DNA of 60,162 nucleotides, filler included, from Platydemus manokwari (taxonomy: Eukaryota), in the NCBI GenBank assembly GCA_037951405.1. It is 6 parts of 6 records of this genome, joined end to end, with 100 filler letters (N's around TTAATTAATTAA, not from the genome) between each part and the next. Parts side by side here need not be neighbours in the genome. Positions count along the whole stretch, not along the records: positions 1 to 9,486 come from JBBMOY011242318.1; positions 9,587 to 19,193 come from JBBMOY011226543.1; 4 more parts are not named here. One strand, 5' to 3'. A program made the position numbers and the translations under genes. Positions 1-11,547 of the stretch are shown piece after piece. The notes below the pieces were generated by a model. The model was not told the DNA's origin, made no database searches, and was given only the letters and a program-made list of their open reading frames with translations. The first letter of the stretch is position 1, and each line of letters starts with the position of its first letter.

Positions 1-140
1 CTGGGTCATCGAATCTCCACTACCAAGAGATCCAGGGACTCTTATGGGTCATGAGAAAGTACCAACTGATACAGAAAAATATGCCCTCCGTAGGGTTTGA
101 ACCGGGTACTCCTCCTTTAGCTTCTTGACCACCGAGCTCT
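1..140 (-). mobile_element. tRNA-derived SINE-like 5' head (runs off window edge)
   Basis: Minus strand reads AGAGCTCGGTGGTCAAG...ACCCGGTTCAAACCC, resembling pol III A-box and B-box, followed by non-tRNA sequence. No complete cloverleaf. Confidence 0.4.
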
Positions 141-2294
141 ATAATAATACATATTCAATTAAAGCAAGAACATTAATTTATTCAGTGAATTTAATTTAAA
201 CAACTAACAGTTCTAGCAAAATCTCCGAATTTATGTTTAAAATCATATTTCCATCAGTTTTCTTCACGCATAGAAAATTTTGGAAGGTAATAAGGCTCCA
301 AATCCATATTTTCTTATCACATTACCCCAAGTATTTTATTACAACAAAATATTAATTCAATTCATTAACATACAAAGTAATTCACGAATGCTTGCCTTCT
401 CTCGCTATTATTAGTCCGAAATTAAAGATTCACACAGAAATATTAATTTATGCAAGTTTCCTTTGTATAACTCGAAAGTAGCAAGAGAAAAATGGTGTCC
501 AATCGACAGTGAAAGAACGAAATAAAAAATAATTTAAAAAAATAAAATGAAAACCTGTTGTTGGCAATAAATCAGAAAGACAGCAAAATCCGACTCAGGG
601 GGATTAAAAATTTAAAGAGCAGAGACAGTGAAAAAATTATACATTACAATTAAATAACATTCTACTTATTTTTTAAAAAAATTGGCACTCTTTTAGAATT
701 TGATAATCTCTTGGAATCTAATGAAGATAAGTTAGTATTGTCAAGAACTGTGAAGCGGTAGAAAAGTTTAAATCCATGTTCAAATAAAAACAAATAATTA
801 CTGCACCACCCCAGGCATGTATCTGAAGAATACCTGGTTGAAACATTTAATAAATATATAGAGACCAATAAAGATTTCTTAATTCAATTTTGATTTCTGC
901 AAGAAATGGTCACCGTAACCGATCATTGACTATTTAGTTTCATTTATCATAATTGTGATATTTGTAAAACTATTTAATTTTAAAAATTGCATGGGAAAAA
1001 TAACAAAACGATTTTTCCTCACATAACTTTAGATCAAATGTGGTAAATCAAATTGAGAATTTTAAAAATGTTTGAGATAAAATCGTTAAGAGGTGGAAAA
1101 TGTGTTGAGTCGAATGCTGAAAGCCTTGTTTTGACACTTCACATTACATGCCTAAAGTTATGCAAGTATAAAGACTAGCCAATCAGAGAAAATGTAAATT
1201 TCGATGCAGTAAGAGCCATGACTACATATCAACGCACACAGTGAGGGTTTTATTTGTGAATTAAATTTGCAAATTACATTTTAATAAACCCCACGGAATT
1301 AAAAATGTAAATTTACCAACACATTCCAAAATTGTAAATTCTTTTATGGATATACGTTCCTGTTGGTGATTGTGAGCTATCATCAATACTAATTTTTGAA
1401 AGAAACAATATGCAAAAAGAGAAAATTCAGTTAGAAATAATTAAAGTTAAATGAGCTTCGGTAAAAAAGAAAGGAGTCATTATTAATATATAATTCTTTC
1501 CATGCTCGTTTAATGAATTGACAAAGATATACTTTAAAATATCTATTATATATTATATTTTAATAAAATTATGATAACCTTTAGATTTATCTCACCAGAT
1601 GTATTGAAAGCTTTATTTAAAGATCTATTTAAACGCCCACACACACATATATATATAAGGTCGATGGCTGGATATTCAATATTTTTAAATAAATTATTAG
1701 TGGTAACCACAAATAAAAATTATTAATGTAATTGACAAACGGCATGCAATAATTTATATAAAACCATTTAGAGGCAAGCATTTAAAAGAAAATAGATAGC
1801 TAATTAAAAATCCAAGTTTCAACAAATATTTGCGCTAAGTGAAAAAGGTATTCTTGGGTTCTAATCCATCAGTGAGTGAATTATGGAATAAATTCTATGG
1901 AAGGCAAATAGAAAGACATGAAATTTTTTATTATTAGTAGTAGTAATTTCAAAGAATAAAAAATTATTAGATGATTATAATAATTTTGAAATATATTTGT
2001 TTTCATCAAATTTTATTATTTTGAATTTATAATCTATTCAGTTTTGTTTACTTTTACAATTGTACACAGAAAAATAAAAATATTTAAAATTTATAACTAC
2101 TTAATCATAATATATCACACAGAGAAAATTAATCCAAAAACAGAAATGAAAATCATCTCTTTACACATTAATTATGATTAATTTTGGAGGTAGAACACTT
2201 GAATTAAGTATGCGCCTTTGCCGATCATTGGTACTATAAATGAAATCTCTACAAAAAACGTGTCGATGTGCACAAAATTTTGATTCCATGAAAG

Positions 2295-2345
2295 CCAATA
2301 GAAACGATGAATGGGCGACTCAGTATGCTGTGCATTTATAATATA
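2295..2345 (+). promoter_or_regulatory. Possible core promoter of the collagen IV gene (CCAAT 2295-2299, TATA-like 2337-2345)
   Basis: CCAAT and TATAATATA lie ~140-190 nt upstream of the inferred ATG at 2484. Such motifs are common by chance in AT-rich DNA. Confidence 0.25.
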
Positions 2346-2483
2346 GGCAGTACGATTTACCAATTTCCATATTTGATTACATATTGATTTGTCTACTTAA
2401 ATAGTGGGAAAATCAAATATCTTTAGAAATCCGCTTTGCTCAATCAGTAGTACACTTGCCGAATTAATAGGATTAAACAAAAT

Positions 2484-5400
2484 ATGAATTTTAATTTCAG
2501 GTATAAATATTTTAATTTTATTATTTGTTATATTCAATTTTAAATTATGATATTAATTTATTTTTAATAAAAATATTGACATTTTAATCTCGAATGTGCT
2601 TTGTATTTTAGTCTCATTTCACGATTTAAATATTTGTCAATTTGAGTTAAAGTAGTTAAAATTGATTTGAATAGCAAAAATAACTTTACGTATACTTTAT
2701 ATTGCATAAATTAACACACTAAGTATACAATTTGAATTCTATATTTTATCAAAATTTAAATAATCACCATTTGGGATGTGTTTGATATTTGATTATTACT
2801 ATTGATTTATATTCAAATTACAAACAAATTGTTTATTTGCATCAGAATTCATTTGAAGCTAAAATAAATGACGATGATTCAAAATTTTATAATAATATCT
2901 AATTTTAAAATTCCGTTATTCATACTTGGTGAACACCTACAAAATGAAGAAATTAGAATTAAATTTTGATCAAATCAATGCTGGTAAAATTTGTATGCAG
3001 GGATTCTGATAATTTTACCGGCTACATTGTCAATGTGTAAAGATCAGACATTTTCGTAATCAGACATTTATATATATAAATATATCTATATCCATGTGGC
3101 ATTAAGCGTAACATGACTTTATGAAATGCCCCTTTTAATGGATGATTGGGAACGATTAGTCTGATAAGCAGTATCAATTTTCGCGTAATGACTTTTCAAA
3201 ATTGGTTGTAATTTCACAAAAAATCACCTGCAATTTTTAACAAATAGTGTTTTTTCACAACGAGATTCTTGTTGATTGTAATTAACAGATTGCCAGGAAA
3301 ACTAACACTGGTAAATACGTGGATTGATTTATTAGTTTTGATAAGCTTATTAATGTTTATTTATTTTTTCCAGTAATCTATTGCTATGTGTTCTTGCTGT
3401 CAAATTTTGTTTAGCAGTAAGTATGGCATCCTATAAGCATGATTTATCATTTAATGACTGATTTTCGGCATAATAGTAACATTTCATCAAAAGGATCTGT
3501 ATGAAATGTGCTGTTTAGAGCATTTTGCAGTTTTTAAAATAGTTCTGTTAAAATTTTTTACTTTTATTTTATTATTATTTTATTATCGTTTTAAATTATT
3601 ATTGTTTTTATATTATAATTATTTTTTTAAATAATAATTAAATAATAGTAAGAATTTTATTTAATTAGAAATCTGATATTTATCTTATAAAATACATTTA
3701 TAACAAAATCTGTTATAATGTATTAGAAAAAGATTTTAAAAAATGTGGATTTGATATTTTGAGACTGTAATAAAATATTTATTACAGTATTATAAATATT
3801 ATTTGAATTTTAATATTAAAATTAAGTAAAAAGCTGATTGAGTTTCGAATAAGGATGATGTCTATTATATCATTTACCGATGATCGGAAATTTATTTGTG
3901 GGGTTGCTAGTTGTTGATGTATACTGATATAAGATGAGTTTTATCCCACCAATAGCCGAGTTTTCGCAAAAAAGTGGATGCGTATTTTGATTATAAAATA
4001 CATCTATGATAGAGAAAAATAAATAACAAAATAATTAATGCTCAAATATATTTCAGATTAAATAAACGAGAAATTATGATAAAAATATTTATATGGATTT
4101 TAAGGTTAAAGAGGTGAAGCATAAGTGAAGATAACAATTTTTACACACTCTGGTCAAAAAAGGTCACGATCATTAGTTTATTTTAAGAACGAAGTGAATA
4201 TTGTTGAACTGTTCGTTAATTTTCCCTCTTTACAATTAATGATACGAAAATATATATCCTTAAAAGCCTGAATTTATTTTGGGATAGTAATTTACCAAAA
4301 TAATCTTTGGGCTTGAAATACGCGGATATGCAATATTTGGTAATCTCTCCTTTTACCGGTCTATATTTATAACCTTATTTGAGACGATGTTTGTTTCTTG
4401 AAGTTTAATTCATTTTTGTCTGAAAATTATAGTTAAGAACTAGTTTTATTTTTTGTGTCAAATATATAAACTTGGAGTTATAACACTGAATATGACTATT
4501 CTTTGAACAATTATTCATGAAATAATAAATTATTTTGGAAACTTTATCTGGAATTATAGTCAATTAATTTGGGAGACTTAATTCGATTTGTTCAACAAGA
4601 ATTTAGGAAAATAATAATTTATTTGGGAAATTTTAACACTTTATCTTCAATATATCCATGATTCGACCCAATAATTAGAAATCGGTTGAAATATTTATAG
4701 TAAAGGATACACTGATATATTTGGTACCTCGAGCTCAGAATAAATACTAACTTCAGTCGGAGACAGGATCGATGGTGGAAAGTGGAATTGATTGTCGACA
4801 AGCACTTTGATTATTTAAGGCCTTGTGCTTATGATTGTATAAGGAGTCCAAATCATATAGACGAGCAAAGATGTATCAAGCCGATAGTCAAAATATTTCA
4901 ATTTTGTCATTAATAAATCTTTAAAAAAATCCAAACACAGCAGATTCTCATGATTAACTGGTGGTGAAAGTGAAACAGTGAGCGTTTCTTGGATGCGTAA
5001 TATAGAACATCGAATTTGAAGTATAATAAGCCACTAATGAGTAGAAAAGACTACCTAACCAAAAACACCCATATAACCAAAGTCTCATCGGAAAAAATTT
5101 GAGAAATTATTAAACAGACCTTGATTCTCAAGTGTTTTATAAATGGTTAAAACCGAATTTTAATAGATAATAAATTTCGAATCCTTTCATGATAAATAAT
5201 CATGAAAAGATTTCTAGTAATTATCTTATCGATAAATACTTGATTCCCGAAAAAAATCTAATTTAGATTAAAAGCAATTTGCATTTGTATAGTGTAATAT
5301 TTTCTGATTTTTTGATCAAACCACTTTAAAAGAAATTATCACCAAATTTACACAAGCATTTTTTAGGAAATACCAGATCCGATGAAATGTCTAAATATTT

Positions 5401-8400
5401 GCACGCCAGACAAATGCCAATGCGTTGGTGGTAAAGGCGAACAGGTTTCAAAATTTTGTTTTAAATTTTTGTTTTTATCACATTGTTTCCATTTATATAT
5501 ACATTTACTATTTTCAAATCACAGCATTATTTAATGATTTAATGATAAATATAATTGATTAATTATCTCTTCAAATATTATCAATTTAAGAGATGAGATT
5601 TGGTAATTTATCCCATTATTTGCATTAACATCTGATTCAGTTTGATATTAAAAAAATCATAATATTTACTTGAAATCATAAACAATGTTTTATTTAATTT
5701 AGCCTTAAAGTATTTCCATTGCCAGTGATTTCGTTTACTGATGAATGTTTTACATTTACATTTTATTTACAGATTCATCAATTGTTTAACAATTATATCC
5801 CTTATCAAATATACATTTACAATGGAATTATTTCATGTTTTTGTTAGAAATTGATATATAATATGAATTCTCCTGGTTGGTGTTGATTTGCTAGTTCCAA
5901 AATCATACATGTAACAGTTAACTCGGATACATAATGTAAATACATTCATGTCCTACATAAAAGACATCTTATAAACCAAGTGTATTCGAACTTATCGGCT
6001 ATTTTCAAATGAATTGTCGATATTTTTCTTTTTGTTATTTATCTTTTCTATAAATATGTTTCTTAACATTAAATTTTCTTAAAAAACCATAGCCATATTG
6101 AACTCGATTGAACACAATAATCGTTAGAATAAATCTGTATTTCCAATACTGTCTAATGAAAATGATGTATTGAAGTACGTAACCAATATTTCCATAAAAA
6201 TTTTTGCTCATTTTAATTTATTACTTAGGCTAAAGTTAAAAAAGGGTCCTAAAATAAAAGCTCACGAAAAGTCATTACTTTAAAATTGGGTCAAAGGACC
6301 CTTTTTCTTAACTTAAGCCATATCAAGTATTTCAAGATTAAGAGTTTTGAAAAATATCCAGTAGTTTAAAAAATGAAAATATAAAATTGAAACAAAACCT
6401 TTTCATCAAAGAATTAAGAATATATTTTTATAATTTACAAAATATTCATCAATGTAAAATTGTGATTATTTACGTAATATTTTTAAAAAAATTTAAAATT
6501 TACATTTTCTTTATCAATAATTTATATTAAAATTTGTCTTTCATCTAAATTTCATATAGTTAAAATTAAAATTTTTAGCTATAATTATATTTTTTATTAC
6601 ACAAACATTCTAAGAGGCAGGTCGATAGAATTTTGTTTCTGTATTTGAAACTGATTTGTATTCCAAATATATTTATTAATCATCGTTTACGATACACTGG
6701 ATTTTCCAATCATCTTCTGTCATTCTAATAATGGTTTTTTGATATTTTCGATTAGCATATCCAATGATTTCAATAAAAGACAATTTTGTATGCCGAATGG
6801 TATTTTTGTGATTATTAGGCATGACACCAAAGTTTCTTCTTCCTTTCCAGTTTTTTGCTAGAAAATATCTGTGATATAGATACTCATTTTCAATCATGTT
6901 ATCTGTCTAATAATATTTCCACTGATAATTTTGCATTTGCATACGCTAAAATATAAGTTAATAATGTGATACATAATATTTGAATTTATTCGCTCTATGA
7001 GCTTATGTAGATATTTTCCATGTTTAATTTAATTATTAATATAATTGCACTGTATAATTTAATTAAGCTAATCTTAATTGCGTACGTTTCGTGGTGGAAT
7101 TGTATCCTTAATATATTATTTAATTAACGAAATTAAAATTTTCAATAAATTTTCAGTATTTATTCTTTTCTTAATAATATTTTTAAAAAGATTTCATTAT
7201 TTTACATAACATTATTCAACAATAAATTAATTCCATACTGGAATTGAATTTAATTAATCTTCATTGTGTCAGGGGTTTCCTGGCCCGATTGGTTACAGTG
7301 GAATTTATGGAGAAAAAGGTGACAGAGGATTTGTCGGCTTACCTGGACCAAAAGGTTTTAAAGGCAGAAGCGGCTCGATTGGTCTACAAGGAAGAAAAGG
7401 AGAAAGAGTAATTTTTTTAATAATAAATATTTACAAAGTACATAATAAGTAAATGGATTTTATAGGCATTCAATAAAGTATATAGGTCTTCTTTATATTT
7501 TTGTATCATAAATATTTTGATGTGTAAATTAAATAATGCTTTAGATTTTACTATCTATATATCGCTATATATAGTTTTTACGAAGTTATTTTTCTATATA
7601 TGTTCTCTCGTATCTAATATTTGCATGTCCATCAGATTTCGAGTTTATATATTTCTATTTCAATTGCCTCTATTAATTTCACTCACGAAAACTTTGGAAA
7701 AAATTTTACGTTGCCAAATTTATAGCGAATGATACAATTGGATTAATCTATAATGTTTGCGAACGCTTGTTATGTTAAATTTCTAAAAATATAAATAATA
7801 GATGAGGAAATAAAAATCGGAAAAAAGACAAAACCAAGAATATCTTAAAGGAGAGTAAATAATAAATAAATTACTTGCTATTAATTATTATATATTTGAT
7901 ATTTTCAACCAAAAAAGTGTTTACCTGTGCCTGATTATTCTTATCGATAATGCATTTTTAAAAATTATAATTTCGAAATAATATTTTTTATTAAAAAATT
8001 AGGGTATTCCAGGTGGACCTGGTTATCCCGGTAAAACTGGACAGCCGGTATTTGATTGTTTTATTTTTCTATAAGTTCCATGAACCAGTTTACAATTATA
8101 GGGATTTCCTGGTTTACGCGGAGTTAAAGGTGAGAAAGGTCTTCCAGGTTGCGATGGAACGCAGGTAATGAATAATTTTATTTTATATATAAATAATTTC
8201 TTTCAATAATTTAGGGTGATTTCGGTGATCCTGGATTGAATGGATACATTGGTCATACAGGAAATCCCGGAGATATTGGCGATCCAGGGGATGTAGGATT
8301 ACCAGGTGTCGCGCTTCCTTTTTGGAAAGGGGCAAAGGTAAATTATCCGCACGAAACTGAATAAATAAAAATTAGAAAAACAATAATTACTTCTTATTTT

Positions 8401-8911
8401 CATTTGATACTCGATTTCTTTAAAAGATTTCTCATGAAATTGGCTGTAATTTTCATTTTCCACTTGATTTATAAAAAATATATGCGATGTGTTTTTATAC
8501 TCTTTCTAATATCATTATTAAAAGCAATTCTGAAGAATTTTTCATTTTTAGTCGAGTATGAATGTCATATGAATAATTTTAAACAGTGAATAATATCTGA
8601 AATGGTAGAATATTATACTGATTTAAGACTACTAGATTAATTAATTGGTGATACATGTGGTGAGTCATTCTGCCAATGATTCTACAATATATCCCATCAC
8701 AATAATTTCATCGTGATTTTGTATTAGAAATATGCTAAATAATATGAATGAAATCATTTTTATTTAGGGAAATAGAGGATTTATGGGTGATTTTGGCATG
8801 AAGGTAATGTATAATATCGAAAATATAAAATGTGATGTTTTTCAATAGGGAGACAAAGGTAATAGAGGTGCAAAAGGCTATCAAGGTTTTATGGGACTGA
8901 AAGGAGATAAG
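2484..8911 (+). CDS. col4: Type IV collagen alpha chain, 5' part (signal peptide, 7S domain, start of Gly-X-Y region); 3' truncated
   Basis: In-frame GT-AG exons: 2484-2500, 3374-3416 (together MNFNFSNLLLCVLAVKFCLA, signal-peptide-like), 5367-5444 (EIPDPMKCLNICTPDKCQCVGGKGEQ, 7S-type Cys cluster), 7273-7407, 8003-8047, 8102-8164 (GLPGCDGTQ, cf. GCNGTK/QG of collagen IV), 8215-8337, 8768-8803, 8849-8911. Exons 4-9 are Gly-X-Y with phase-0 introns. Alpha1-like vs alpha2-like not resolved. The first two exons are less certain than the rest. Confidence 0.9.
6228..6319. mobile_element. Miniature DNA transposon (92 bp) with GGCTAAAGTTAA..GGGTCC terminal inverted repeats, in collagen intron 3
   Basis: GGCTAAAGTTAAAAAAGGGTCC ... 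GGACCCTTTTTCTTAACTTAAGCC. The same ends recur at 52565 (left) and ~42763 (right). Confidence 0.7.
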
Positions 8912-9486
8912 GTAAATGATTTGATTTTTATTTCTAAATACAACGATGCATTTAGTAACAAATATGAGAAACAAATTGTAAAATTGATATTTCCATATAT
9001 TTTACATCAGATTATAAAATGTTGGTTGATGGAATTTATCTGAGAAATTTATAATGTTAACATCGATATTACGTAATAAAATTTTGCTAGGCAATTTACA
9101 CATTTCAATAAAGGAAATACACCGTAAAAAAGATATTTTGATATGAAGATGATATCTAATAAACCTAAAGCCTTCTTTCCAAATAAAATTTCATGAAAAT
9201 GTAGTGAGAAATATTGTCAAAATTGTCGGGATTCTGTGTCATTATATCAGACACCAGGAATCACCATGCTATAATATTCCAACAGATGAATTCATGGTAG
9301 ATTTACTGATAAAGAATCAAAATATCATTCAAATTAAACACACACTATGATATCAATTATCCGATCACAACATTTGACAAAACCTTTTAATAAACACCTT
9401 GAAGGTGGAATTAATTAATCATCAAACGATGGGAAATGGTGATTCTAGTAAACAGTTTCTTCAAACATATTTTATTAATCAGAAAT

Positions 9487-9586
9487 NNNNNNNNNNNNNN
9501 NNNNNNNNNNNNNNNNNNNNNNNNNNNNNNTTAATTAATTAANNNNNNNNNNNNNNNNNNNNNNNNNNNNNNNNNNNNNNNNNNNN
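9487..9586. other. Artificial contig-joining spacer (44N-TTAATTAATTAA-44N)
   Basis: Exactly 100 nt. The 12-mer has stops in all six frames. Identical at five positions. Confidence 0.95.

Positions 9587-9649
<63 letters not shown>
9587..9649. repeat. (ATT)n microsatellite at contig start
   Basis: Perfect trinucleotide run, directly visible. Confidence 0.95.
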
Positions 9650-10032
9650 GACGAAGATAGATTTTTGTTTTTCATGAGATATAAAAGCTTGAATAGTGTG
9701 GCATTTCTGATTACAAATTTAGCAGTTATTTTAAATTTTTTATTGTATGATAATAGTTAATATTATGTTCAGTCTGCCACGGTGTATTATCCATTTATAA
9801 AACGATAAAATAATATAAAGTTGTGAGTTAAATGTTATGGAAATCAAAGAGGTAATGAGTTGAGACTTAAGTGAACAAGATATTCTCGATGATTTAAACC
9901 GTTAATTATTGACTATTAGTTAAAGGGCAATAATTGATGTTTCCACTAAGTATCCAACTGTTAACAGAAAATTAGGTGCGTTTTACTAATAAATAAGAAA
10001 ATTTGAAAGGTATAATGCTTATATTTATAATA

Positions 10033-11547
10033 TTGGGTTGGTTCATAAATTCGTTTGGGTTTATTTGTTGAAAAAGAAAACACACCAACTTCTTGTTTTA
10101 ACTGATTTGAGTTATTTATTCAGCTTAATTATCTAAACTAATTTTCACTTTCATTAACCTTGTTAAAATGGAGTACCAGGAAGATAAAAATGAACATTTC
10201 CGGCATCTACTCATTTTCTATTTTAATCAAGATTTAAACGATGGAGAAGCCAATAGAATAATTTGTTGCGTTTATGGAGAAAAGGGAGTCAGTGAACGAA
10301 CACCACAAATGCGGTTTTCGAAATTTAACAAAGGAAATTTTGATTTAAACTTTTGCACATCGGTTAGGCCGACTTTGTGACTTTGATAAAGGCTGTTTAA
10401 ACCAATTGATTCATGATAATCCAAGACAATCGACACGAGTGCTTGGACAAGCCATGAATTGTAATCATACCACTATTTCTCGACATCTCAAGAAAATAGG
10501 AAAAATTCAAAAGCTTGGATCATGGGTACCTCACCTTCTCAAAGAAATTCACAAAAATCAACTTGTTTCGATTTCCGTATCTTTACTCGTTCACTATTAA
10601 TCTGCTGTGGAGCAACATCAATCTTTCTTTTCCAAGATCGTAATAGATGATGAGAAATAGTGCGTGTATGTAAATTTGAAACACAAAAAACCTTTGGTAA
10701 GTTTTCAAAAGCAACCACAACCACGTGCAAAACCCGAATTTGCTAACACAAAATCTTGTTGTGCATTTGGTATTATTCATTATGAAACCTTGTCAAAATA
10801 CCAAACAATCAATGCCTAACTTTTTTGTTAACAACTCAAGAAGTAAGCACTGCAATCAAAGTGAAGAAGACCATTAAGAAGCAGATAACTTCACAGCATG
10901 ACAATGATCGGGGTCATATCGCCACAATGATGAAGTTGGTTATTGAATAGTTTGTCTGGGAAGTTCTTCCCCATCCTCCATATTCGACCGACTTAGCCCC
11001 AACAAATTTTCATCTTTTCCACTCCATCTTTTTCGAACCATCTTTCTGGTCTCACAATTAAAAATGAAGAAGCAACAACAACGTGAATTGAAGAATTTTT
11101 CGACTAGAAATCACTAAACTTCTTCAAATGTGAGATTGACAAACTCCCATAACGGTGGAAGGAAGTGATCGATTGTGACGGAGAACATCTCACCGATTGA
11201 GACCGAGATATTTGTTTTTTCTAATGATTTCATAAATTCATTTTGTTATATGGAATTTTTTGCTTTTTGGTAATTGTGTTAGATACCAGCCCAAATATAA
11301 ATCACCATACAGCCCACATATACATCATCATAACCACAAACGATTATTATTTGTGCCAATTTTTGAGAAAACATTCATAATTAAATTATGTGCAACGAAA
11401 TATTGATTCGTATAATTAATTTTCTAGTAATTTGGTCTTCATACCGGTTACTGAAGCCCCAGTGAACCAAAATATTAAAATTTAATCACCAACCAAAAAA
11501 CTTATTTAATAATTGTAAAAACCGCACGAAATTATGCACTAGTCCAA
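10033..11547 (+). mobile_element. Full-length defective mariner (Tc1/mariner, D,D34D type)
   Basis: TA-flanked imperfect TIRs (TTGGGTTGGTTCATAAATTCG.. / rc TTGGACTAGTGCATAATTTCG..). Transposase remnants inside. About 245 bp longer than a typical mariner owing to an insert at ~11245-11490. Confidence 0.92.
10168..11200 (+). pseudogene. Mariner transposase pseudogene
   Basis: MEYQEDKNEHFRHLL.., WVPHLL (WVPHEL motif), DDEK*, QHDNDRGH (HDNARPH), PYSTDLAPTNFHLF (YSPDLAP). Many stops and frameshifts. Confidence 0.92.

Noticed and set aside
823-845. CTGAAGA...GAAAC hammerhead candidate
   Set aside because: Stem II cannot close with a viable loop and there are no stems I/III.
662-868. Minus-strand ORF as a head-to-head collagen partner
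   Set aside because: No signal peptide, Cys pattern or Gly-X-Y, and no convincing splice structure.
9300-9400. Copia RNase H C-terminal-like words (QLSD..LTKPF)
   Set aside because: Too short and frameshifted to support a call.
9531-9542. TTAATTAATTAA recurring at ~10 kb periodicity as a biological motif
   Set aside because: Always centred in exactly 44+44 Ns, so it is an assembly linker.
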